A DNA stretch of 64,000 bases from Minutocellus sp. GHC0000111. Its lineage: Eukaryota. Below the pieces are notes generated by a model. It did not search any database. It worked only from the letters and a program-made list of their open reading frames with translations, and was not told where the DNA came from. The position numbers were made by a program, and so were the translations under genes. Numbering within the stretch: the first letter of the stretch is position 1; each line of letters begins with the position of its first letter. Below, in pieces: positions 1 to 12,146 of this stretch. The stretch is taken from the NCBI GenBank assembly GCA_977018835.1, contig OZ361257.1:372001-436000 (forward strand), in the 5' to 3' direction.

Positions 1-1209
1 CCTTGTGATCCGCATCTTCCCAGGGAGCGTAATCGTCCTGTAGCAAAAGATAGTGGGTGCGCAGAATGTGAGAATCGCACGATAGACAAAAATAAATTAA
101 TGCATTTGATTGTGAAATAAGAGATAAAACTCACCTTCATGAGCCAGTCAGGTTCATAGTATCGGACCATTCCCTCCTCGGGAGTCCAGTAGTGACCAGG
201 GGGCAAGGCAACAACGGTCGCCGGGTCGACATGTCCCACAAGAGCCTTCAATTCACTCGAGAAGACGTATCCGTAGGCGTCACCATCATCGGCGGCAGCA
301 TGGGTGCGACCATAGTAAAGGGGCTTAATACCAACGGGGTCACGGGCAGCAAAGGTCTTGAGCTTACCGGTTTCCTCGCACTCCTCAAAGATGACAAAGG
401 CAAACATGCCATCGAGCTGACGGACAGCGGCGGGTCCACCGAGCTTGGCGTAGGCATGAGCGATGACCTCGCAATCACTGCCAGAGATGCGCTTCTCGTT
501 CCAGCCGTGTTTCTTTTGTAGATCCGAATAGAGAGAGTTGTGGTTGTAGATCTCTCCGTTGGCAGCGAAGTGGATCCTCTTACCCTCGAGAGTCAGGTTG
601 AAGGGCCTGAGTTGTGGGTGAAAGTGAAAACAAATAAATACGAGAATATTGGTGAGAGCGGCTCAACGTAACTCAATGGATTCATCCGTATCCAAACACA
701 AAACAAAAACTCACATATCGGCCTGACGATTGCTAGGGTCGACAATGGCCAGACGGGTGTGGCCCATTGACCAGCGCTGGGGACCGTAGACACCACGAGA
801 GGTCTGCATACCGTCGGGACCACGATGGTACAGGATTTTGGAGGCATCGGTCAGAGCAGTGCTGGTCTCGGACAGGATCGGCGGACCGCTAGCGTGAACG
901 TTGGGAGTCGAGTTCCACACATCACTATTTTGTGTTTTGGTAGAGAAGTGGGGAGTGGTGATTAGCATGGTGAGAAGAAATGAATGCAATATCGACAAGT
1001 TTTGATTCGGCCAGATTCGATGTCACAAATTTTGATTGCCGCTTCAATTGAATCGATCCTACATGCAGGCCCACATGCTTGAAAGTGTCCAAAGTCCAAC
1101 TACGCAAAACTCACTCGACGGCAGCAACAAGACCACAAAGTTGACGCTTGGCCTGGGCAGAGGCGGCGGCCTTACGGGCCAGAGAGGACAATTGCTTGGC
1201 AACCAGCAT
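1..1209 (-). CDS. asnB: Asparagine synthetase (glutamine-hydrolysing)-like class II amidotransferase, 5' part; exons 1209-1115, 924-715, 606-135, 37-<1
   Basis: Manual splicing over three GT-AG introns keeps the frame: MLVAKQLSSLARKAAASAQAKRQL-CGLVAAV...HRGPDG...GHTRLAIVDP...ANGEIYNH...LDGMFAFV...ARDPVGIKPLYYG...FSSELKAL, the canonical AsnB glutaminase motifs. Runs off the window edge. Confidence 0.88.
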
Positions 1210-1308
1210 GATTTGAATTGTGCAATTTCAACGATTGAATGTCGTCGTCGCTACTTTTGAGAATGATTTGAGAAAAGCGACAAGATGTGTTGCAACTCAA
1301 AAGTTAAG

Positions 1309-4300
1309 AATAGGTGATAGCTGAACAGATGCGTCTCTGATAGCAAATAATGTGGAGACGAGAAAGCAAAAGCGACTATCGATCGTTTGCTTGGCTGTCC
1401 TTCCCTTCAGAATGAAAATCGATGTCGTCGACTGCTGTCGCGTCGATGGGCTCTCGGAGACGGAGGGCCAGAAATCAATGGCTCCCTGGCATTCGAGATA
1501 TCTGCATTGACTTCTTCTTTTTCCTAGAATTTCGCATGCTATCGAAATATTGAAGACGTCTTTCCGTCGTCAAATTAAAAGGGGGCTCCTAAAAGAACAA
1601 ATGTAGCGGGGACAAGCTCATTCTTGCCGCAGTCCGCACGTGCTTCGCACATTGGAAGTCGGCTTCAACACCACGAAGCCAAGTGCACGAAACCATCAGC
1701 GCCCAAAAGCGCCTCTGCGATGATCTTCGGTAATCGGGCCGTTCTGTCTCTGGCCTTTTCCGCATCAGCCTCTCTTCGTGCATCTGCGTTCGCCGTCGGT
1801 GCCAAGTCTCATTCCCTCGCGCGTCCATTAGCTGCCTCGGCTCTCTTTTCGACGACATCAGACATCGAACCATCTCCAGCCATGAAGGTGGCCGAAGAAG
1901 CAAGGCAGATGGCCCTCGCTCATGGGTACAGCGACTTTGAGGCTTGGCTGACATCCGGCGGTGACGATCGGTCTCTTATCAAGAAGACTGCTGCCAACAA
2001 GGTGAGTTGAGACTGAGTTCCTCGTCGACAAATATGGCATGTCATGTGCCGAAATGAGATGCAATTGCAACTTGCAATTGTTGACACCGCATCGGATCGA
2101 ATCTTCGCATATTAATCCACAACACAATATACATTCCGTGGTCTCATAATGTGAAATATCTTTAACGCTGTTCTTGCACTATCTGTATGCACCTCGCAGT
2201 ACCATATTCGTCCTCAACCCATTGCTGCTGGTGCCGTCTTCCGAGGATCCTGCACCGGCAATCCACCTACCTCTCGAGGATATGATGCCGCTGCTGATCT
2301 ATACAAGTCCAAGCTGGAACCCGTCAAGGATGACCAGGCCAAGCTCGATGCTGTATTGAGTGAAGTATACGAGAATCAGCGTTCTCGTCTTTCCAAGATA
2401 TTGAAGCTGCCCACTGATGCTGAGGTCATCCTCTGTCCCAGTGGTAGCGATGCCGAATACCTCCCTGTTGCGATTGCAAAGGCTCTTCAACCCTCCAAGA
2501 AGATTGCCAACGGTGTCACGCAGCTTCGTGAAATTGGTGCTGGCAGTGCCCCTGCCGCAGTCGGTGGTTATTTCTCCACCCATGCCCCCCTGGTTGGAGA
2601 GCTGCCCGAGGGATTGGAATACCTCGCCGGCTTCGAAGGTATTGATGGTGAGGAGATCAGTGCTCGCAATATGGATGGTTGTGTTGTGGATGCTGCCGCC
2701 GAGATGAAGGCCTTTGCCGATCGAGAGATCAAGGCCGGTAATTATCCCATCATTCACGGTGTCTTTGGAGGAAAGACTGGACTTCGAGATGGTTCCATGC
2801 CGGGAAGTCAGGATGCCGGTGATACGTCTCTGGGCGTTGTGGATGCCTGTCAGGGACGATTCACCGATGAGGAATTGCAGTCCTGGCTTGCTCAGGATTC
2901 CGTTATTCTCTTCACCGCCAGTAAATTCTACCAGGCCCCGCCATTCTGTGCCGCAGTCATTGTTCCTGGAAGCATCGCTGCCAAGTTGAAGGCTGCGTCA
3001 CCCCCTCAACCAGCCTCTCTCTATGGGCAGGATGGACTTGGAGCCTTTGTTACCGACAAGGAGCTTAGTCCTTGCCTTGATGGATGGAAGCCAATGCTCA
3101 AGCGCGCAGATGCCGACAATGTTGGCCTTGTTCTGCGTTGGGAGGCTGGATTGGCCGGCATGGAGGCATTGGCCGCTAGTGGTAAGTCGGACGAGGAGCG
3201 ATCGAATAGGTGATAGCTGAACAGATGCGTCTCTGATAGCAAATAATGTGGAGACGAGAAAGCAAAAGCGACTATCGATCGTTTGCTTGGCTGTCCTTCC
3301 CTTCAGAATGAAAATCGATGTCGTCGACTGCTGTCGCGTCGATGGGCTCTCGGAGACGGAGGGCCAGAAATCAATGGCTCCCTGGCATTCGAGATATCTG
3401 CATTGACTTCTTCTTTTTCCTAGAATTTCGCATGCTATCGAAATATTGAAGACGTCTTTCCGTCGTCAAATTAAAAGGGGGCTCCTAAAAGAACAAATGT
3501 AGCGGGGACAAGCTCATTCTTGCCGCAGTCCGCACGTGCTTCGCACATTGGAAGTCGGCTTCAACACCACGAAGCCAAGTGCACGAAACCATCAGCGCCC
3601 AAAAGCGCCTCTGCGATGATCTTCGGTAATCGGGCCGTTCTGTCTCTGGCCTTTTCCGCATCAGCCTCTCTTCGTGCATCTGCGTTCGCCGTCGGTGCCA
3701 AGTCTCATTCCCTCGCGCGTCCATTAGCTGCCTCGGCTCTCTTTTCGACGACATCAGACATCGAACCATCTCCAGCCATGAAGGTGGCCGAAGAAGCAAG
3801 GCAGATGGCCCTCGCTCATGGGTACAGCGACTTTGAGGCTTGGCTGACATCCGGCGGTGACGATCGGTCTCTTATCAAGAAGACTGCTGCCAACAAGGTG
3901 AGTTGAGACTGAGTTCCTCGTCGACAAATATGGCATGTCATGTGCCGAAATGAGATGCAATTGCAACTTGCAATTGTTGACACCGCATCGGATCGAATCT
4001 TCGCATATTAATCCACAACACAATATACATTCCGTGGTCTCATAATGTGAAATATCTTTAACGCTGTTCTTGCACTATCTGTATGCACCTCGCAGTACCA
4101 TATTCGTCCTCAACCCATTGCTGCTGGTGCCGTCTTCCGAGGATCCTGCACCGGCAATCCACCTACCTCTCGAGGATATGATGCCGCTGCTGATCTATAC
4201 AAGTCCAAGCTGGAACCCGTCAAGGATGACCAGGCCAAGCTCGATGCTGTATTGAGTGAAGTATACGAGAATCAGCGTTCTCGTCTTTCCAAGATATTGA

Positions 4301-5100
4301 AGCTGCCCACTGATGCTGAGGTCATCCTCTGTCCCAGTGGTAGCGATGCCGAATACCTCCCTGTTGCGATTGCAAAGGCTCTTCAACCCTCCAAGAAGAT
4401 TGCCAACGGTGTCACGCAGCTTCGTGAAATTGGTGCTGGCAGTGCCCCTGCCGCAGTCGGTGGTTATTTCTCCACCCATGCCCCCCTGGTTGGAGAGCTG
4501 CCCGAGGGATTGGAATACCTCGCCGGCTTCGAAGGTATTGATGGTGAGGAGATCAGTGCTCGCAATATGGATGGTTGTGTTGTGGATGCTGCCGCCGAGA
4601 TGAAGGCCTTTGCCGATCGAGAGATCAAGGCCGGTAATTATCCCATCATTCACGGTGTCTTTGGAGGAAAGACTGGACTTCGAGATGGTTCCATGCCGGG
4701 AAGTCAGGATGCCGGTGATACGTCTCTGGGCGTTGTGGATGCCTGTCAGGGACGATTCACCGATGAGGAATTGCAGTCCTGGCTTGCTCAGGATTCCGTT
4801 ATTCTCTTCACCGCCAGTAAATTCTACCAGGCCCCGCCATTCTGTGCCGCAGTCATTGTTCCTGGAAGCATCGCTGCCAAGTTGAAGGCTGCGTCACCCC
4901 CTCAACCAGCCTCTCTCTATGGGCAGGATGGACTTGGAGCCTTTGTTACCGACAAGGAGCTTAGTCCTTGCCTTGATGGATGGAAGCCAATGCTCAAGCG
5001 CGCAGATGCCGACAATGTTGGCCTTGTTCTGCGTTGGGAGGCTGGATTGGCCGGCATGGAGGCATTGGCCGCTAGTGGTAAGTCGGACGAGGAGCGATCG
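1309..5100 (+). repeat. Direct tandem duplication, 2 x 1896 bp (1309-3204 and 3205-5100)
   Basis: The ORFs recur with identical translations at +1896. The junction ...GAGCGATCG|AATAGGTGATAG at 3204/3205 re-enters the sequence at 1309. Confidence 0.95.
1720..3213 (+). pseudogene. C-terminally truncated copy of the PLP-dependent enzyme gene (intron 2002-2199)
   Basis: Same as the 3616-5523 gene up to ...DEERS, then NR* at the duplication junction; about 140 C-terminal residues are missing. Confidence 0.8.
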
Positions 5101-5523
5101 GCCGCCATTGCTGAGTGGGCCAAGTCTGTTACCGATATGGTCAACACCGAAGAATTCTTGGACGCCTGGTGTGTTGAGCGATCAATTGTTAGTATCCGTG
5201 TCTCCAAATCAGGCGGTGACAAAGGAGAGTGGCGATCCATGTCCGAACTTCGTGACTTGTTCCGTTGGGTCAGTGCCGATGTGAGCGGCGCCGTTCCAGA
5301 TGCCACCGCAGAGGAGAAGGAGGCGTTAAGTAAGACTACATTCATCGGTCAGCCCGTTGATGTTAGTGAGACCCATGCCATTGTGCGCATTGCACTTGGT
5401 GTTGAATCCCTTCTCTCCTATTTGAAGGATAAGGATGCCACACTTGCCGAGGACAAGACTACTGTCGCAAAGCTTGCAGCTATTGGTAAGCACTTTGATA
5501 CCCTGAAGGCAAGCGGTTTGTAG
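3616..5523 (+). CDS. Uncharacterised fold-type-I PLP-dependent enzyme (aminotransferase class V/decarboxylase-like) with organelle presequence; intron 3898-4095
   Basis: Motifs ILCPSGSDAE, VVDACQ (Asp that pairs with the pyridine N) and TASKF (putative Schiff-base Lys). N-terminus MIFGNRAVLSLAFSASASLRASAFAV has an ASAF motif. The GT-AG intron restores the frame. Confidence 0.7.
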
Positions 5524-5603
5524 GTTTTCATGTCTTCGCCTTACGTGAATTCCATTGTGGCAATAAATAAATGCATAACTCAATTAGCTTTAAAGTACCG
5601 TGT

Positions 5604-7589
5604 CTACCTCATTAGTCGGTCAATATCTCTCCAAGATACTGGGAATTCCCTGGCCCAAAACGGGCCGTGTAATCCCTTGTAGTGATGAACAGCGTCTTGA
5701 AATTGCTTTGGGACGAAATAGTACGATGGCGTGTCGCCGGTGCGAACGTCTCGTTAGATTCCAACTGAGCATGATACCCGCGCATTCGAGTGATGAAACC
5801 GGTGAATGTGGAATAGTATGTCTGTCGAGCACAAAATTGAGATAGGATAAGAGGCGTTGTTTGCGTTAGATGTTTGTGGCATGAACATATAATATCCCTT
5901 CAAAATGCACGTAGATTTAGCGACTGTAGAAAGACAAATAACTTACCCCGAAAAAGTTTCTTCCCCGAGAGGCAATTCTTTGATCTAGCTTTCCATAGAA
6001 ATTCTTGTTGATAGTTCCCACTTCATCCATAAAGTCGTTTAAGAAATAAAGATGATAGTGCTCTCGTAATGGGTCGAAGTAGGTCATGTTCTTCTCGTCC
6101 GTGGCAATGAATATGGTTCCACCCTCCTCCAATAAGTCCCGAACATTGTCCATTATCTCGTCTGCCTCAATAAAGGCTTCCTTGTATTGGAGGTCTCCAC
6201 GTCGAATGTGAAAGGTGTCGAACAAACCCTCAGGATTGCCGTGTTGCCTTGCCTTCTCTCGTACTGCCGCCACAACTCGTGCAGCAGCGCATTGTATCTC
6301 ATCGACATATCGCAAATGATCCCTTACAAATCGCTTCGTCCAAAGATCTTGTTTGTAATCCTCGAAGAACATAAATGCATAGAAATGGACCAATAATAGG
6401 TACTTTCCTCCTCCAGGAAAATGAAATACGGGAGCCTGTTGCAACGTGTCATTGTACACGCAAAGTTCATGCCGATGGGCCAGTATCTCCCTCATTCGGT
6501 CACGAGGTGGGGCATCCACCGGCGTTGGATTTCTATCGTACGATCGCTCCCTATCAAAATCGTTACCATCATTCAAGATATCTTGCAACATCTCCTCCAA
6601 ATGATTGGACGTACCAGGACCAGTCTTCTGCGGAAAACAACGATACACTTACTGTAATCCCAAGTCGATGATATTCCCGCTTCACGAAGAAAGCCAGCAA
6701 GTTCCTTGAAGTCTTGACTGTGATACGTGCCAATGCCATGCCAACCGGTCTTGTTCTGAGGCGGATGCATAATTTCGCCCGTCTCAGGATGACGAATGTT
6801 CCCCGACATTATTTCCCTCTCCAGGAATTCTTCCGTGGAGATCACCTCCACACCGGCATGTTCCACCGCCACGGAATCAAAATGATAAAAGTCCTCAAAA
6901 CTCAATGTATTCTTGGAATGCTTATCTTTCTTACCCAGCAGATACATCCTTTGTTCCGGAGGCATCACCAGCGTCCGCCCCATGGCATGAGCCATTGCCA
7001 CGGCAGTCTCCATAGCCATACGAATATTGTTGAAACCGCCCTCATCCGGTTCAAAGGTAAGATACTTCTTTGCAGGCCCATATTCTCGAAAGGGCGAGAC
7101 GTAGGAGGCATCTTCCGGGATGTCCTTCCAATACACCATTTCTGATGCAAGGTCGTCAGACGGGCCGCCGTGTTTGGCGCAAGAGAGACCCGCCACCTTG
7201 TGTACATCGTCGTCAACGGGCTGCATGTTGGTAGCAGAATCGGTACCGGGATAGGTTGCAGCGCCTGCATTATTTGCGGAGGCATCCGACCCTCTCAGTG
7301 AGCTGGGCGATGCACCGTCCCCTCCCACGTCACTACTTGTCGTAGCAGCACTTGCACCGGCACCGGCAATCGACGAAGCAGTTTCTAACGCGGCTAGCTT
7401 CTTGGCGCCATTCTCCACCTCGTCAATGGCGTTGAGCACGGCCTCTGACAAGTGCACGTCGTCCCGGAGGGTGGAGAGGGCCACAACGACCACAAGGAGG
7501 AGAGCACCGAGCAACATGGCCGACCAGTGCCGCAGGAGGGTCGCCCCGGCGCCCTGGGGACCGTTCCGGCGCGATGATGGCCGTACCAT
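5604..7589 (-). pseudogene. GDP-fucose O-fucosyltransferase (O-FucT) family type II membrane protein with two frameshifts; intron 5946-5822
   Basis: N-terminal TM helix; YLTFEPDEGGFNNIRM, FHIRRGDLQY, IFIATDEK, G|TYYSTFTGFITRMRGY, WAREFPVSWRDID. The frame changes at about 6635 (CIVVF/PQK) and about 5740. Could be an intact gene with indel errors. Confidence 0.75.
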
Positions 7590-7894
7590 ATGGGCGAGTT
7601 AATACTGTGCACGGCTGTGGTGGCGCAGGTACTGCCTTGCTGCGTGCGCGTGGGTCATTGGCTGGCGGCGCCGGTGTATCCGTCATTTGTGCTGTTTATT
7701 TGATGCTGGTGGCTGCTGGTTGCCGCCGGTTTCGGATGTAAAGTTTCTATGACGACAATGTGACGACCTACGCGCCGTCGCCACGCCACCCACGCACAGC
7801 CGAACGCCACGAAAAAGCTTGCCATCTATCTCGAACACTCGTACTTGACTTGCATGTCCTCGTATTCTATGTTCCTCGACCTGAAGGCTGGACG

Positions 7895-10191
7895 ATGGCA
7901 AAGCAGAAATCGGGGCGTCGCGACAGCGATAATCGCCGTAACGCCAGTGGGCGCACGAGCAACAGCGGCGGTGGGGCAGCATCCAAATTTCTCCTTGGGC
8001 TTCGAGTCTCGGCCGTGGGATTCTTCTCGGTCAACCTCTTCGTCCTGCTCTTCTTGGTAGAAGAACCACTGACCGAGCTTGCCGCGTTCCGTGCCGGATC
8101 GTCGGCCCTTGCTGCGTCGCTTGCCGTCTTTGCCGGGAGGCAGTCGACCACTGCAGATACTAGTACAGCGCAGAGGGAGCACCAGCGTGTGACCGACGAA
8201 GCGCTAACTAACAACAAGCGTCACGCTGCCGCCAAGCCACATGTCACTTTTCCATTTTTTCTTGACTGCCCTGGCCCCGAATCTTTTCCCGCTGGAGATT
8301 ACAACCTTGCCATCCTTTACTCGGTGGATATGGTGAACAATTGGGAGGAAATTGCGGAAGACCAGCTTCATACGCTCATAAAATGTGGACTTTGGGGCGA
8401 AAGAACCACATCCTTTGGCATATTGATGCACAACAGCAGCAGCACTGCAAATGGCGATAGTACCACAAACATCAATACTATTGATATTGCGAGTCGTAAT
8501 CGGCTGGGGACCATTCTTGCCGAGTTTGGAATGTACAGCAAAAGCAGGGCGATGCCAAAGATTATGACGCTGAGTTCTGGATTTGTTGTGCGAGAGTTTG
8601 TTACGGATAGTTGCCAGGCACCTTCGAATGGAACAGCACTGGACGCATCATCTTCTTCCCCAACGTACTTCGTCCATTTGACAAATTTGGGGGCATCGCA
8701 TTACGATCCAAAATGGCGCCGGCATATAGAGAAGGAGGAACCTTTCTATACCAGATTGATCTACTACCGCAAATTTGTGGAACGATATACCATCGAGCAG
8801 CCTGCATCTTGCCTGAAAGGTCTCGTAGTGGATGGCCACGGAAGCTGCGGGGTCGATGTGCAGCAAAATAGTAAAAATGGTGCCTTTCGATATGGTGGTA
8901 ACTTTTGGTTCGCATCCTGTGCGTATTTACAAGGTCTACCGCAGCCACTGGTTCGCAATGGACGTGGGTTGTCCGAATATTGGATTGGATCCAATGCCGG
9001 CAAGCACAGCCACGTTGGCGTAGCAAATTCAAAGATCAAGTCGGTGGATGCTGAGATGCCTATGATGTACCCAGAGCAGTATGATTCTAATGCAACACGA
9101 TTTCGTCTAGCATGCCGAAAAGATAAGTATCGGCTTCCGGAGGGGAAATACAAACTGGCAATCGTCAATCATGTTGGACTACTAGGCAATTGGGTCGATG
9201 TTCTCATAGATCAATTAGAAACGTTGGCCGTGTGTGGTCTGGGCCAGCGAGCATCAGAGTGGATTGTGAGTCATTCTGGCGGCAATGTCACAGATCTACT
9301 GGACATTTTGGATAGTTACAAAGATCGAATAAAACCAACTCCGCAGCTCATTGAGTCTCTGCAGAGTCCATGGGAAGGAGAAGCCATGAACGCCACAAGA
9401 AAAATGTGCATACGGCACAAATCCGAATACGACGAACCAACATTTGTGTTCTACTTTCAATCCAAGGGGGTTAGCAAATTCCGGCCGACATGGAAAAAAG
9501 AGTTCCAGTACCGCTCGTACGGACAAATTTACTACTGGAGAAAGTTCATGGAATACTACACAATCGAATATCCGTCGCAGTGTATAAATCGCCTCTTCCT
9601 CGATGGAGCAATGACTTGCGGTGCCAAGTTCCGGTACGTCAAAGGAATGAGGCACATAGGACGCTATCATTACAGTGGGAACTTCTGGACAGCCTCTTGT
9701 GACTTTGTTGCAACTCTTCCACCGTGCACTGAAACAGACTACTATGCCGGAGAGTTTTGGGTGGGAGAGGGGATGCCTCTAGGTGAGACTTCTGTTGTGA
9801 AGAGGAGGATTCGACTCGTTTATTTAACATTATTCATTCTTACTCTAGACCGAGATGCCACTGGAAAAGCACGAGGTCACCTCCTCAGTCAGTTTTTGAT
9901 GGACAAATTGAGCGACCGGGGCAATCCTCGTGCTTTATTTCTTCGCGTTTCTCTCAAGTCTGGACATCCACATTGTGTCCTAACGATCAATTTTCTCTCT
10001 TTCTCATCGATAATCTCCTTCCCCTAGTCCCTGATCGTGCTTTGTTGAACAAGACCCTCTTTGCTGATCTTCACGAATCGAAAATTGAAACCTGGAGAAA
10101 TAACCCGAGCTACACTCATCTTATGCTCCCAGAAGAATATGTTGAGCCGGAAATGCTGGATGACACGTATACCTCGTTCCTTTATCGGTAG
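7895..10191 (+). CDS. Type II membrane protein with two tandem copies of an uncharacterised 'YSGNFW' domain (putative glycan-modifying enzyme); intron 9783-10027
   Basis: N-terminal TM. Internal duplication: NWEEIAEDQLHTL..CGL / NWVDVLIDQLETL..CGL; YYRKFVERYTIEQPASC / YWRKFMEYYTIEYPSQC; YGGNFWFASC / YSGNFWTASC; SEYWIG / GEFWVG. Confidence 0.65.
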
Positions 10192-10412
10192 CATCGCATA
10201 GATAACTTATAACTTATCAACCCCGGATAAGTGTGAATGGCACTTACACCTCATTCCTTGATCGATCTCGTTCCTTTATCGGTAGCATCGCATAGATATA
10301 ACCTATAACTTATCAATCCCGGATGAGTGTGAATGGCACTTACACCTCATTCCTTGATCGATCTCGTTCCGTTCCTTTACTAGCTCTTGTATCGGCAGCA
10401 TCATCGCATAGA
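10173..10412 (+). repeat. About 95-bp tandem duplication (2 copies plus a partial third) spanning the stop codon and 3' end of the upstream gene
   Basis: CTCGTTCCTTTATCGGTAGCATCGCATAGATA...CATTCCTTGATCGAT starts at 10173 and 10267, with a degenerate start at 10363. Confidence 0.85.
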
Positions 10413-10427
10413 GAGTCAGCATGATGT

Positions 10428-10632
10428 TGTTGTTAACAAAATTATAGAAGCTGGAACATGAGTCTGAAAATCAAATTTACCTCTATTAGAGCTAAAATAA
10501 TTACTCATAGTGCCGTTCAGGTCCACTTCTAAATCCATGTAGGAATTCCTACATGTAAAAAAGAGGAGAGCTTACCGGTAATTGTTGTCAACAAAATTAT
10601 AGAAGCTGGAACATGAGTCTGAAAATCAAATT
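10428..10632 (+). repeat. About 50-bp direct repeat (10428-10478 and 10583-10632)
   Basis: TGTTGT(T/C)AACAAAATTATAGAAGCTGGAACATGAGTCTGAAAATCAAATT occurs twice. Confidence 0.85.
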
Positions 10633-10652
10633 CACCGTTCAGTTTGATCTAA

Positions 10653-12146
10653 CTAAGATATTTCGTACTCCCAAGTGACTACCGTGTCAATCTCAGATGG
10701 CGCATTCATCTTCAAAGTTTTCTCGAGAGCTTCGGCCTCTTCGCGCATCATAAAATATTCGATCTTGCCGTCGCACAGGCCGCTGTTACAGTCAGGGTGA
10801 GAATTTTTTTCGGTCTCCTCGTCAAGATATTTGTTCCATGTGTCTGCCTTCTTCAACCAATCGTGCGTTTCCTTGAGGGATGTACGGATAGAGCTAAGGT
10901 GCTTCTTAAAACCCCGAAGTATCTCTACTCTCTCGGCTTCTCCACAGATTCTGTAAATTGTAGGCGAAACCCGATATGCCAAAATGAATCAATCCGACGT
11001 TGCCTCTTTTACATTAATAAAGTCGGTAAATTGATTTGGTATTGATCTAGCCAGGCCTGCCATCATTGAAGTGATTGCTTTTGATTTTTTCTTGTCGATG
11101 CCTACAGCCACAACAGGTTCACCTTCCCTGACTGTAATCACGGCCGTGTGATACTGAGTAGTGAAACAAATCAGGCCTTTTGCTGCCTCGTCTTGGTCTT
11201 CCTCCTCTTCGGAAACCATGGTTGCGTGAACAACGCTGATGTGAGTGTTGTGCTCCGGTTTGGCCCTGTTTTTCCGACCGACATCGCACGTATCCCATAA
11301 CTCCCGATTCTGCTCAGCCAGCTGATGAATCTCCTCGTGAAGACGGATGCTCTCGTCATCTTCATCTTGTACTTGCTTTGAATGTTGCGTCTCACTCCTG
11401 GCCCGAATGAGTTCAAGGACTGCCGTTTTACCACTGGTGGGAGAGTAAGCGTTCGAAATTCCGGCTGGCCTGGGCTCACTTCGCGATCTCTTGAGTCCGG
11501 GAGGGCCAGCGACATTGGTACATACAGGTAAGCCTTCCTCTTCTACAACAGACTTTCGCTTTGGACTTGCGACAGCAGTCTTCTTCTTGGACGTGTCATC
11601 TTCTTGCATCTTGGAAATCATAAAGTCGACTTCTCGTTGACCAAAACTCGATGGGCCGGGCAGTGCATCAAACTTGGCCTTGGTGTCGTCGTCAAACTCA
11701 ATTATCTCTTGATCCGTCAAAGCTTCGAGGAATTCCTTGGTGAATCGGCAGGTTGTCTCATTCACGCAAAGTATATCTTGCCGCGTGCTTTGAACAAATT
11801 TTTCTCTGGCCTCTCTTGCCAAACGTTACCGTGCCTTTGCTTCGGTTATTTCTATGGAAGGCTCCGAAATGCTCCCGCGAAAGAAATTGGCCGAAGACAT
11901 TTCGGCACTAATATCCATCATTACGTCGTCATCTTCGCCATGCTTGGAATTACTGTTGGCAGCAGCTTCTGCGGCTCGTTGAGCTTCCACCCGCTGAATG
12001 GCCTCGTAGGCAGCATTTGCAGCAATGTGCAATTTGGCAGCATAGATCTTGGAGGCATATGTCTCTTGTACACTTGGCCGACGGTGGTCTTTTTCATCAT
12101 CAGCAGCCTCGTCGTCTTCTTTGCGTTGGTTTTCGTTGGATGACAT
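10653..12146 (-). pseudogene. Hypothetical ~500-codon charged protein interrupted by two in-frame stops
   Basis: ORFs 12221-11826, 11822-10989 and 10982-10653 share one frame, separated only by TAA (11828-11826) and TGA (10991-10989). Confidence 0.6.

Noticed and set aside
860..922. ATG TGT GGA (MCG) at 922 on the minus strand as the AsnB start
   Set aside because: It is out of frame with HRGPD and stops after about 23 codons. The upstream exon (1209-1115) supplies an in-frame CGLVAAV.
6628..6652. 25-nt GTAAGT...CAG mini-intron to explain the O-FucT frameshift
   Set aside because: Removing it gives the wrong frame. A 1-bp indel in the T/C run is the simpler explanation.
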